Below are positions 18,116-32,725 of a stretch of DNA of 64,000 bases, one piece after another; position 1 is the first letter of the stretch; each line of letters starts with the position of its first letter. The notes beneath the pieces are model-generated. The model searched no databases and had not been told where the DNA came from. It was given only the letters and a program-made list of their open reading frames with translations. Source of the stretch: Eledone cirrhosa (taxonomy: Eukaryota); contig OZ024743.1 of the NCBI GenBank assembly GCA_964016885.1, positions 18,786,001 to 18,850,000 of the forward strand, in the 5' to 3' direction. The translations under genes were made by a program, and so were the position numbers.

Positions 18116-18338
18116 AGTAATAATAATAAATGTGATGACTAAATTCCAAAGAGGGCTCGATAAGTATAAGTATATCTCAAATATATAAGAGCCCTACAGC
18201 AAATATTTATTAAAATAATAGATTAAAGTTTAAGCAAAAAATTCGCTGTTTCACCCTTAACGGGACTATCTGGAGGTCCCGTTAAGGGTGAAAGCAGCGT
18301 TTCCTTGCTTAAGCTTTAATCTGTAATTTGAATAAATG
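18116..18338. mobile_element. Short hairpin pLTR-like element with tail (family pieces also near 11703, 19875-19990, 40885-41000 and 62528-62630)
   Basis: Inverted arms ...TTTCACCCTTAACGGGAC / GTCCCGTTAAGGGTGAAAG... with a degenerate HHR core. TAGTAATAATAATAAA head is shared with 11702 and 62528. Confidence 0.6.
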
Positions 18339-18545
18339 TATGTATATATAAATGGAAGAGAATGAAACGAAATTTCATTTCTCACGCTTAGTACGGCACT
18401 TACTTAAATGTAAGTATGTATGTATGTATACGTACATACATATATGTATATGAACTCACTCGATATGCAAATTAGGCTGCTCAGCCGTTAATATGCATAA
18501 GGAAAGTATATACTTTCAGACGTTCAACCATCTGGCAGGAAGGTA

Positions 18546-18590
18546 TACGATGCTGACGATAGCTTATAAGCTTGAAACTAGTACATCGTA
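18546..18590 (+). ncRNA. Minimal type I hammerhead ribozyme
   Basis: TACGATG-CTGACGA-T-AGC ttataa GCT-T-GAAA-CTAG-TA^CATCGTA: 7-bp stem I, palindromic ACTAGT stem III. Confidence 0.85.
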
Positions 18591-18820
18591 CCTGTGTCAG
18601 TGTTGAACAAAAAGGTGACGTGGTTGCCTAAACACTGTACGGCGTAATTCGTGCTGTTTGTTTGTTTACAAAGAAACAAACCGACCATTATAATAAATGT
18701 TCGCTAAACCGATACGTGCATATATATATATGTTTGCATGTGTGTATATATATACATACTACTGTACGTCTGTATGTCTGTATACATATATGTATGCACC
18801 TATACATACATACTTACATT

Positions 18821-20435
<1,615 letters not shown>

Positions 20436-22347
20436 TTATAATAACAAAAAAATACATTTAATAACATCCATTTTAAAACGGCAAAAAGTATTATGTAGAG
20501 CAATATGTTGGTGGAAATCTAATAGAATATCGGTTATAGAAACACTTGAAATATTCTGAAATTTCAATTTTGAAACCCTTGTGTCGTTAACCACAAAATT
20601 CAACACTGTTGAGGATGGCTTTGCTTTTTATCGTACAAATAATTAGCTTTCAAATACTGAGGTTCGAGTGCTATGTGCTACATGAAATGAACGTGGCTCA
20701 CCACGTTAAATAATCAAATAATCAAGACTGTTTCTCTATTGATAAATATTAAACACAACTAGCAATAATTTATTTCATGAGAATTAATGATACATATTAT
20801 TAAAAAACGTTTAGCTGATCGTGTTATCAAGAGAATAGATGACAAGAGGCGTAAACACGAGTTGATAACGTATGCGCTTTTGATTAAGCATCATTACACA
20901 AACACTAATTCTCCCATTTACTGATTCGAAGGAAAAATATATAAATAGTATTTGACATTGATATTTCAGCACAGCTATGTTTGATATATTGCCTGCGGGA
21001 AAAATTCTAGTTATAAACACAATAAGTGATTAAATAATATAAAACAAAAAAAAGCATTCAAAATATAGTTTTCTTTTATGTTGAAATCAATATGTTGCCT
21101 TGTTTATTCTTTTGATAAATATTATACATATACTTCTGTATGACCTAGAATGAAGGTTCTCAACGGGGGGCATATGCCCCCCCCCCCCCGGTGAGCATCA
21201 GGGGGGCGTTATGCAGTAAGGGGGTTTGAAACTTTGAGGGCGCTAGAAGACCCTTTAGTTTGGTAAGTTTGATAAGCTATAGTTGTGCGTCTCTTAGAGT
21301 GTTAGTGATATGAATGAAGAAAACGAAGAAAATAAATAAAAGAAGCTTGTCAACGAATTCCCTAGGGAGATAAAAGAAAATCAAAAGAAATCAAAGAGTA
21401 TGAAAGTAAGGACTCCTTCAACGAAAATGACAAGAAGAAGAAGAAATGGTGGTGAACATACACACACACATATATACACATACATACACACACACACATA
21501 TATACACGCACAGGCCGGCATCACTGTTTGATGAGGTTGAGAACCTGGTCAGTTTCAGCCAGTAGTGTGGTATTTAATCTCCCTAGGTAATAAAATCTGG
21601 CAACAAAAATGTTCTCCTTACCGAAAAAAGACGACATAGATCATATCAATATCCTTACACAATTAAATATTAATGTATGTATATATGTATTTATAATAAT
21701 AATAAAAATAAAAATAAAAATAATACATATATTATTTACAGTATAAAATGATAAAGAAATGAGTAAAAGTAAACATATAAAATATAATATACTATATAAA
21801 TATATAATTAATAATCTCCGGTCAATGTGCACAAACAGTAGAAATATTACAATAACACTATAATAACAATATTATAATATATTGGCATATAGCTTAACAA
21901 ATCATATAAAGTTACACATAGGGGGTGAGAAAAAATATCATACAGAACTAAATTGTGTTGAAAAGATTGTGCTGGAAAAATATCTATACCGTTGTAAGAA
22001 AATAGACGGAGGTCAAGTTTTTATACAATTGGTATAAATAAGTATTATCTAAACATTACAAAAATTATAAAAATATAAACATATTACAGAATTTACAAAA
22101 TTTAACATAAGGGTACATCAATATCAAATAATGAACATAGTATAATATACATAATTACATGGTTGGTAGACAGACATTTGCATTGTACTATATGTGTAAT
22201 ATGGTTTAAAATGTTATTCACTTCCTTAGCAATTTTTACTTGATAATGTTTACTTGATAATTTTCCTATGATTTAATGTATGTATACTCCATATTCTTCT
22301 GACCTTTTGGCTTGTATTGGCCGATAGCGCTTCTTATAGCTTTACTT

Positions 22348-22385
22348 GCCCTGATGAGTCCTTAGTAGGACGAAACATTGTTGGC
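22348..22385 (+). ncRNA. Minimal hammerhead ribozyme at the end of a PLE-like 3' region
   Basis: GCC-CTGATGA-GTCC ttagta GGAC-GAAA-CATTG-TT^GGC, then AATAAA at 22387. Confidence 0.8.
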
Positions 22386-22445
22386 TAATAAATACTTTTG
22401 ATGTATTGAAGGCTTCTTTGGTTTATTTCTTAATATATATATATA

Positions 22446-23021
22446 TTGGAATAAATGCTCTGAAATAGCGATATATATGTGAATATAGACATAGAATATT
22501 CGAAAATACTCTGTATGTTTATAATAAACATTTTGAAGACCTAATCGCTATAGAATAGAATACGTCACGTATTACAATTAGATTCTCGATAAAAGCAAGG
22601 GAAGTAATCTACGCGTTTCATTCTTATTAGAAATCTTCAGGACCACATATCCAGTGCTTTTATCGAGAATGACACAGCTAGAGACTTATAGAATACTTAG
22701 CTGTGTACAGGAACTGGTTTGAAAGAGCGGTTGCCGGTCCGGCAGAAATTAGAAATTGGAATAAATGCTCTGAAATAGCGATATATATGTGAATATAGAC
22801 ATAGAATATTCGAAAATACTCTGTATGTTTATAATAAACATTTTGAAGACCTAATCGCTATAGAATAGAATACGTCACGTATTACAATTAGATTCTCGAT
22901 AAAAGCAAGGGAAGTAATCTACGCGTCTTCAAAATGTTTATTATAAACATACAGAGTATTTTCGAATATTCTATGTCTATATTCACATATATATCGCTAT
23001 TTCAGAGCATTTATTCCAATT
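22446..23021 (-). mobile_element. Retrozyme-like subfamily 2: about 1.5 tandem 310-nt monomers (minus) plus an inverted terminal piece (22927-23021)
   Basis: Period 310 (22446/22756). Homologous to the 3115 family (GACCGGCAACCGCTCT, CGCTATTTCAGAGCA, GGTCTTC.AAATG). Confidence 0.85.
22582..22670 (-). ncRNA. Type I hammerhead with extended, bulged stem I
   Basis: Minus strand ATTCTCGATAAAAGCA...GGTC-CTGAAGA-T-TTC taataa GAA-T-GAAA-CGCG-TA^GATT...TGCTTTTATCGAGAAT (16-bp distal stem). Confidence 0.85.
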
Positions 23022-23023
23022 CC

Positions 23024-24000
23024 ACTCGGGCCCCTCCCTGTGAAGATGCCTCTCCAGGAAACCCGAAAATCTACTGACGCATGCTCCCTCAGAGACTGCC
23101 CGATACGCCCTGCGAACTGTTGCCTACGTAGGTAGCACAATTCGACCTTTGGACATCCGGATCAAGGAACACACTAAAAGCAGGGCCTCGTCTTTCCGGA
23201 AACACATAGACAAATGCGGAAACAAAGACGGAAGGCCCATTGTCACAATTCTAGCGACTGAAAGAAACGTTGGCACGTTACGTATCAACGAAGCGCTTTT
23301 TATCAAACAACTGCAACCGCAAGTAAACAACCGATCAGAGAGAATCGAAATGAGATGGCTGGTTTAAGTTAACAAGCGATGCAACACACAACACACGCAC
23401 ACACGCATACGAGACAATTACACACACGCACACACAAACAGTAGCATTCCACCATACGAACATACTACACTGCCAATACAGAGGAACAAGGCAACAACAC
23501 ACGCACACACACACATACTCAAGCGAGACAACAACACACGCACACACACACACAGTAACATTTAACAAACAGGCAGAGAATGGACTGACAGCTAGCGCCA
23601 TCCCACTCCCTCATTCGGCCGCTGACCTCTGCACGGCCGACCCCATTTCACGCGCACGCGCGCTCTGCCGAATACTTCAGATATTCAAAACAACAAACAG
23701 CGAAGGACGCGTTCCGGACTTGTCCGACAGACAACCTATTCCCCCACCCCGGAAAAAAACCCAGTTGATGGATGTGAATCCGAAAAAGGGACTATTAAAT
23801 CTCTCCCAAGGTAACTCTCTCTTGTGTTGTTATTTGTATTTCATCCTTTATACTCTTCCCTTCATTCTACACATCTCACACATCTTATACACACCACGCA
23901 TCTCAACGTACACCCACTTACATCTCTCTCTCCACCACCGGACCTTGTTACCCAGAGATTTACCCATTTGCATTGTCGAGGCTTCCAAACGACTTAAATA
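23024..24000 (+). mobile_element. PLE fragment: GIY-YIG C-terminus (to 23367) plus 3' UTR with degenerate HHR (~23762-23785)
   Basis: YVGSTIRPLDIRIKEH...RINEALFIKQLQPQVN. Confidence 0.75.
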
Positions 24001-25579
24001 TATTTACCTATTTTTATTTATTTTTATTAGGTTTGTTTTGATTCTGATAGCTTCTCATAATTTTCATAAGTCTACCCTTTCAATATTTTGATTGAAATAT
24101 ACGTAGGATAAATTTCTATACTAAATATATGAAACATATTATTTTAACTTAAGATACTCTATAGTGTTTTAAAGATATTTAATGTTTTGATATTTCTAGA
24201 ATTCGTTTGTCCTTTTGACTATAGTGATATAATTTTATTTCCAAAATATAATCCTTTGGTATTTTAAATTTATATTGTTATAATTATATTTCCAAAGTAT
24301 AATCCTTTAGTAATATATTGATATTTGATTATCTCTATACAAATGTGTATGTGTGTATTAACATGCATATAAAAGTGTTATATGTTTTTTTATCATTGTA
24401 TATCTGTCTGTATGTGTACATGAGCGATGCGGGTCTAGCAATTGGTGAAAACGCACGCATATATTTATTTATACATATGTATGTGTATATATATATATGT
24501 ATATGTATGTGTGTGGATGAGAGTTATGTGTGTGTATGCCTACCCACGCAGTTTTGATTGCAGATATACATAATTTTAACAGAATGTTAAATGCATGAAT
24601 GATAATCGTATATATGAAGGCATGAATGTTAATCGTATATATTTATGTATATATACTGTGAACCTTTTATAACACAAGGAATGTATAGCAGTGATTAAGA
24701 GAAATCATTTGCGTTTTGTATGTCTATATCGTTGACTTGGGTCGATATGATTTCTATTTTTCAGGACGTGCGTATATATATATATATATATATATTTGAG
24801 TGTATTTACCGTAAGATAGTGGTTTCTCTAGCAAATTTTAGTATATTGATCTCAAGTTTTAAACTAAACATATAATCATTATTAAACGCTGTTTAATTTC
24901 TCATATTATATATTTATGTCCCATTTATGAATATTAATATTTATGTTTTTATTATTCATTTCATATAAATTGTTAACTCAACTTAATATGACATGACGTA
25001 AACTTTTCATTATCTCCCCCTCTCTCTATATATTATTTCTCTCTCTTGAGTCTTTCTATCTGTCTGATTACTTGATATCTCTCTGTTACTTTCCTCTGTT
25101 TTTCTTATTTCTTCCTTTTTTCTTTTTTCTTTCTTTCCTCCTGTCTTTATTTATCTCTTTCTTTTTTCTCCATGCATTTCTCTCTTCCGATATTTCTCCA
25201 CGTTTTTTCTTTTTCTTTTTTCTCTCTCTCCGTCTTTTTTCTTTCACTCCGTCTTTTTCTAATTGCCCTTAACACTAAGACTTATTAAAATAATATAAAC
25301 AATTCACTATCCAGATGGCTTCCAAAAATAATGGTTGTATTTTAAAAGGGTACGTCAAAGCTTATTTGTAAAACTGTTATATATTGTATTTTGTCTGATG
25401 AAGGCATACCATAATTTAATTTGGAATCCCTGAAATATGTATAATGAAATAAATATGGTTTTATAAATATAATTTCCATTTATTAATATCGTATATCTAC
25501 TCCAAATACTTGTCGAGTGCTTTATATCAGTTATAAAAATATTTACTTGTTGTATCCCAACAATTTTAAATAGAACTTT

Positions 25580-25638
<59 letters not shown>

Positions 25639-25969
25639 GGAAAAAATGAAACGAAATTTCATTTCCCATTCTTAGTACGGCTGTTACTTAAATCTAAGTA
25701 TGTACACGTACATACATATATGCATACAGACGAACAGTAGTATGTATATATATATACATACGTGCACACATATATATATATGTACGTATGGATTCACCTA
25801 ACATTATATATATATATATATATATGAATCTACATGCATACATACATATATATATATATATATAAATCTACATACATACATACATATATAATACATTTAC
25901 GTATGTATATAGCTAGTCATTTATACATTTGTATATATATACATGCATTTATATTTAAGTGTGTAATGT

Positions 25970-26003
<34 letters not shown>

Positions 26004-26065
26004 CGTGTGTGTGTAATATATTTACTACACACACACACACATGTATATATATATATATATATATG

Positions 26066-26310
26066 CAGTGTGATAAGAAGCTTGTTTCCCAACCACATAT
26101 TTCCGGATTCAGTCCCACTGGCCGGGCCGACCAAAGCCCTGTGAGTGGATTTGATAGATCGAAACTAAAAGAAGCCCCTCGTATATATGTATATATGTCT
26201 GTGTATGTCTTTGCGTGTGTGTTTCCCTCCCACCAATGCCTGTTGGTTTGTTGACGTCCCCATAACTTACCAAGGTGATGCTCCAGCATAGCGTAGTCCA
26301 GAACCAGAAA
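26066..26310 (+). mobile_element. tRNA-derived SINE, internally deleted
   Basis: AAGAAGCTTG.TTCCCAACCAC...GGATTCAGTCCCACTG head and CCGACCAAAGCC.TGTGAGTGGATTTG body, matching an octopus SINE as I recall it. Confidence 0.6.
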
Positions 26311-26574
26311 AAAAGTAAAATATGTGTGTGTGTGTGTGTAGAAGCTGGTTCTCAAACTCAAGGACACAAAAGGGCTATTACGTCCTGGAGGAGAGGCACG
26401 GGGCGCCAAACGTGGTGGTGAGTCAACAATTTCACTAGTTATAATGCGATATGAAATATTGGTTCTACAACTGGCCACAGATAGAGTAGTTCGAGGGCCG
26501 CATGTGTGAGCCCCCAAACACACACACATTTCTTACTCTCTCTGTCCCTCCCTCATTCTCTCTTCATTTATATA

Positions 26575-26676
<102 letters not shown>

Positions 26677-26716
26677 CGAGCGTGTCTATGTGTGTTTTTG
26701 TGTGTCTGTGTATCTA

Positions 26717-26750
<34 letters not shown>

Positions 26751-27150
26751 TAAGGGATACAAATACTACTTTCTCACTCTCCCAAGCTTCATTCGTTGTT
26801 AAGTATTTTATTTTTCTACGAGGTATTTTATTTTGCAAGGTACTATTTTAACCCTGAGTTTGTGATTTCAGAGAAAGGTAAGAAATTCTTCATATTTTAC
26901 GTCTTTTGTATTTTGACTTTACAGTTTGAATTGTAGAATTGTTTAACCAATCAAAATATTACAGTGAAATATAGAATTTAAAAAAAAAGCTTTTTCGACT
27001 GAAATCAAGTCTTTGAGAACATTCACGTCTATTTTTCAAAAATATATAATTTGAAATAGTTTGCTTTTGTTTTGGATTGAAACTTTTTTTGTATTTATTT
27101 CGTACGGGTATTTTTTAAAGATCTTTTTAAAGATTCTAACATAACTTGAT

Positions 27151-28177
27151 TTGGCCCATTACGTGCACTGCGGCATTCATATTTCTCAACTTATTGTAAC
27201 TGAGTCTGTACAACAAGCTTCACTTATCAAAAATGTTCTAGGTTGCGTGAATGAATTGCGGAAACTATATCGTACATCAGGGAAATTTAAGCAAGCGTAT
27301 TTATCACAACATGATGAAGAAAATGAAGTATCGTCACCACGCTCCTTAACACCTGTGTACCCTACTCGATGGCTAACACGACTTTCTGCAGTCAAAGCCC
27401 TTCTAGACAATTATTCAGATGTCCCTATTTCTTTACAAGAGGCAACAAATGAGTTTGGCACCAACATTGCATCCAGAGCAATGTTATTCTTACGTGTCAC
27501 TCTCCGGGCCAATGTGTTCTTGGATTTCACGTTGTAGTTCCATTACTTCAATTCATTGAAGGATTTAACAAATATTTCCAAAGTACCACCTTCAATCTAG
27601 GTAGCATGTTGCATAGTGTCAAACTGGTGCAGGAGGAGCTAAAAAAATCTACGCAGTGAAGAAAAATTTCAGGAGCTGTTCAATACAGCAGAAAAAATAA
27701 TTTATCAACTCGATATTTCTCCTTTGGAGCTACCCAGGCAATGAAAAGTTCCTAAAATATACCAGGAATGGAAATTTTTGTGCTGAAGTGATAATACAGT
27801 ATCCAGAGCTTGATGAATTTTCTTTAAGGAACGAAATACTTTTTTATAGAAATCATCATAGTGGATCATATCTCGAGGATCATCGTAAAATATTCGGTGA
27901 AATGCAACCAGAAGTCCGTCGCATGTTTCTAAATGATGTACGATTGTTCAGGCGACTTGTAATGTTTCCAACCAGTTCTTGTGAAGCTGAAAGATCTTTT
28001 AGCGCTCTGCAGAGACTCGAAATTTGGTTGCGATCGACCATGACTTAGCAAAGGTTGAATCATATTCTAATATGAGACGTTCATAAAGATGTTTTGAAAA
28101 ATATTAGTTGTGAAGAAGTTGCTAAATTATTTATTGACAGCAATGATGCGAGATATGATACATTTGGAAACTTCTAA
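27151..28177 (+). pseudogene. hAT (Tip100/ZMYM1-like) transposase C-terminal remnant
   Basis: YVHCGIH, PTRWLTR, PTSSCEAERSFSALQRL..WLRSTM dimerisation motif. Stops and frameshifts. Possible right TIR ...GGCCCCTG near 28433. Confidence 0.8.
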
Positions 28178-29171
28178 AAGACAATAAATTTACTTTATAT
28201 GATTTTTATTCCAACGTCTATCTTTTATTTTTTGTTTATTTGATATAATAAATACGTTTTAAGCTTATTTCTTTTTTATATCTGAACTTCATTTGAATAT
28301 ATAAAATTTAATTAGCGTAAAGAAATATTTACTTATGTGATAGAGTTCAGGAAAGACACCATAAGTAATACTAAAATGTTCCAACAAATGTTGATTTGTC
28401 CCCCTCACATTTTTAAGGCAAACGAGGCCCCTGGAAAAGAGAAACATTATTCACTGACCTGTTGATCACCGTGATCGGCTTGACCTCGATACTTCAGCTC
28501 ATTCTTACTAACATTCGGTTTGCTTGACCCCATCATATCTTCATTGCATTTCCACATCATTTATTCTATAACTAGGTTGTTGCTATTCCTATATAAACTG
28601 ACTGTTTATACTACGATCAAGTCTTGTTATAGCCTTGGGTTTAAGGAAATGCTTTTGTAGTCTTCAACAGTCATCCATTATAATTGCAGCACCATTACAA
28701 GAATATCACAGTGATGCATTAAGTTAAGGGCGATAATTTGAGTAACTCTGACTAATAAGTAATGTCTTAACATAGTATTATCGCGTCTTATCACTACGTG
28801 CCTAATTGATGAATTCCATTTCAAAATAGCACATTACTACTCATTCTTGCATTAAGTTCTCTTGAACTCGTTGCCTCGTTGATCCTTTATTGAGTCTGCC
28901 ACCTTAATTCCCTGAAGCTAAGTTATTACTATTCCTACATGAAAGACTGGTTAATCTTCATATATAACTTGTCTCGACTTGGTTAATTAATGACAGTATT
29001 TGTCTTTTTCATTGCAGTTTTGTTTATTACAAAGTGTTATTCCAGAACATTACTTGAAAGTTTATCATACTGGAACAGGACTCATTATAGTAAGTTCCTC
29101 ATACACAATTGTATAGGCTTATATAGGCAAATCTTTGCGTAACTTTACCAAACACATTCGCTAAACAGAAA

Positions 29172-30948
29172 ATGGCCTCAGCAATGAGGAAAAAATGCAG
29201 GCAGTACAGCGTTGATTACTTACGGTTCGGATTCATCCCATCGCCGTCGAACCACCTGTCACCCATGTGTTTAATTTGCAAGGAGTCCTTTCCGAATGAG
29301 GCCATTAAGCCATCGCGTTTGAGTAGACACCTGGAAGTGAGGCACCCCGATAAGAGATATAAAGATTTAGCATACTTTCAGTCTCTTAGGGACCAATTCC
29401 AGAAAACAACACTAATTTCTTCTGCCTTTTCAAAAGTTTAAGCTTCAAATGATGATGGACTTGTTGCATCTTACAATATTGCCAACATAATCGCAAAGTG
29501 TGGCAAGCCCCATTCCTTGTTGAAACATTGGTAGCCCCTGTCATCTCAGAAGTTCTTTCAACAGTACTACGTCAGAACCCGTTAAAGATCTTGAAATGTA
29601 TTCCGTTGAGTAACGACTCAATAAGGAGACGCATCGACGAAATGGCGGAAATGTTGAACAAAAATTATGCAACATCTTGAAATCGACACAATTTGCTTTG
29701 CAACTTGATGAAAGCACACTTTCCAGGAATCAGTCCTTACTACTGGGATACGTGCGATTTTTCCACCAAAACGAAATGCTCGAGGAGCTTCTCTTCACTC
29801 TGAATCTAGCCACAGATACTAAAGGTGCCAGGATCTTTGAATCTGTCAAGGGATACATCGACGAAAAAGAGATACCTCTTAACAATATTGTATCATGTGC
29901 TACGGACGGCGCAAGAGCAATGGTCGGCCAACATGAGGGTTTCGGCTCTCTTCTGAAGAGGGAAAATCCATCTGTATTTTCTGTTCATTGTGTCATTCAT
30001 CGACAACACTTGCTTGCGAAGAAACTCAGCGAGCCGCTGAGCAAGTCTTTGCAGGTAGCCATTGATGCTATCAATTATATCAAATGCCATGCCCTCAATG
30101 AACGAGTTCTCCGACAACTGTGCGAAGATAATGACGAAGAATTCGTCGAGTTGCTGCTTCATACTGAGGTGAGGTGGCTTTCAAAGGGCAAGTGCCTTAC
30201 TCGCTTTGAACTGTTCGACTCTATCATTGAGTTTCTTCGAGGACGCAACACAGAACTATATTAAAAAAACCTGGATGTGAGGCAAGAATGCGCCAACCTC
30301 GCCGACAACTTTGACAAATCCAATAGCCTCATTATGGCTTTGCAGGGGGAGAAGATCACCTTGTTTAAAGCAAGGAATGCTGTGAAAATATTCCTGGCCA
30401 AATTGAAAGTCATCGAAAGGAATCTTTGTCGACGGGAATTCTATAATTTTCCTAGTGTCGCCAATGTTCAAAACATTGTGAACGATGACCAACTGCAAAT
30501 TTATACCGCGCACTTCCGTGCACTACAAGTCAATATGAGAGAACGGTTTGTCGACCTTTTGCAGATGGACATCCCAATGTAGATAGCAGATCCCTTCATA
30601 GCCAACGTCGACGATTTCGACGTTAAATTTCAGGAAGAATGAATTGAACTTCTGACAGATGACATTATCAAAATAAAATTTTCCAAAATAGGTGAACCCC
30701 TTTTCTGGATGCAAGAGGATATTCAGCATCGATTTCCATTCCTACATGCAGAGGCTAAGAGATTTGCGTTGCCTTTTCCTAGCTCATACTTAGTCGAGAG
30801 GGGGTTTGGCGTTGTATCCAGACTGCATAGTAAGGCTCGCAACCGCTACAATGTGATTGCACGTGGAGATCTCCGGCTACAGCTCACGAAAATCCAGCCT
30901 GACGTCAAAGAGTTAGCTAAACTCCATGAAGATCAAGGGTCCCATTGA
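29172..30948 (+). pseudogene. Buster/Charlie (ZBED5/SCAND3-like) hAT transposase, broken into about five ORF pieces
   Basis: BED finger (RQYSVDYLRFGF..PMCLIC..KPSRLSRHL..H), FALQLDEST, ATDGA, HCVIHRQHL, HTEVRWLSKG, FPSSYLVERGF. Confidence 0.92.
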
Positions 30949-32540
30949 TACGAGGTCAAAGTAAGTCGATTTTTTATTTGTAGTTGCAGTCTGACTGGAC
31001 TGGAAACCATCTACCACAATTCACTTACTCATTTGTTGTATATATTCTACCGTTTACTAATGAATATACCCTCTTAGCTGGTCATGAAAACCCTCTTGCG
31101 TGGTCTCTAAGCTCACAACGCGGAGGAGACATCAAGTTAGATATCAACATTTGTTTCCTTAAAGGGAAAATTGGAAAGCTTTGAAATAATATAATTGCCA
31201 CTTTCTTCCAGATAAGAGCACTCTTTGGATAGACAGAGTTGCTCTTGTATAAATGTTCAAAATAGCTGGTATCGTCTGGTGGGAATATAACAAATTCAAC
31301 TGGTCCTTATTCATAAAAAAAGAACATTCATGTTCCTTTTTTGAAATTTATATACTTCCTTTCAAGGAATGTATTTATACTTTCAACTGCCTGCAATGGT
31401 ATCTTTGGAATATCGTTAATCAATTTGTTAGTAATCTACTGATATCAAAATCAGTTGTATATTGAAAAATGGAAAAAAGGATAGAGGGCGTTTCGTGATT
31501 TCAAAGGGGAAAAGGGGCGTTTGGCCGAAATGCGTTGAGAACCTTTGACATAGAATATATTAATTACAACCAAATTATTCATTCTTTAATGAAATGTTAA
31601 ACATGAGGAAAGTTAGATATATTACCATTTTCTTTCTGATTAGATAGTAATATGAATAGTACACCGATCTAATAACAAAACTTAATTTATTGTTATTCTC
31701 AAAACTTCGGCTTATTTTGTATTTATTTCGTACGGGTATTTTTTAAAGATCTTTTTAAAGATTCTACAATTCAACAAATTACACTCTTATGTTTAACAGT
31801 TCGGCTTATCGTGGAAGAGCTTATTATATGTCGAGTTGATCGTCTACGGAGTGATACTTCGCTAATGAACAACAAATCAATTACTATGTACGAAATATCC
31901 GCAATTAATTTATCCCCCGCTATATCTAGTGAAGATATATGTGGAATGTAAATAAGGTAAGTAACAATGTAGTAGAAATGATTGGACATATACACATGCT
32001 AGGTGGAAACGTTTTAATATAAGCCTTGTTTGTTTGTATTAAAATAACATTCAACTCGGGCATCCAAGATGATTACTTAATTCGGATTCATGAAAGGGCT
32101 GTCTATAATGTGCGTTCGGTATAAGTATATTTCACAATCAGGACATCATTAGGATCGGGGGAATAGAAACAGTAAGACATGCATGCAAAATTATAATGAT
32201 AAAACTGAACAATGAAAGCCATATCTATACACACAATAAATCATAATTATTTTGAGTGGGCTAAAACCTATGGCTGATGCGATCTGCTAAATTGATACGT
32301 AGTCGATGGATAATTGACGTCGATGCGACCTTTCCAAATTGTTTAATAACTTGCTTATGCTATTCATATATTCCCACATATTCAAAGGAAAGACATGCAT
32401 CCATATAGACAGTGTTTGTATAGAGATGCCATATTAAACATGGATTAATTATATACATTTTCATCCACTTCAAAATGAATATACAATATAAATATTGAAT
32501 TATACGGGCATATATTAAGAACATTATTACTTTCATACAA

Positions 32541-32725
32541 GGTCGGTGGATTGGCAGTATCGGTAGAGGATCGGACGCCATGCTTTCCAGCATAGTTACG
32601 TCCCTTTACGGTCTGAGTTAAAATTCCGCCAAGGTTAACTTTGCCTTTCATCCTTACGTGGTCGATACAATAAAGTACCAGTTATGTACTGGGTAATTGA
32701 TGGCCTTGTGCCAAAAGTGGAAACA
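32541..32725 (+). mobile_element. tRNA-derived SINE (octopus-type) with 14-bp TSD
   Basis: TGGCAGTATCGG A-box, GAGTTAAAATTCC B-box-like, CTTTGCCTTTCATCC core. TSD ATTATTACTTTCAT at 32523 and 32726. Other copies at 61964 and 47795-47915 (-). Confidence 0.8.

Noticed and set aside
29172-30948. Domesticated host gene (ZBED5/SCAND3-like)
   Set aside because: Multiple stops and frameshifts, plus TIRs and a TSD, indicate a dead transposon.
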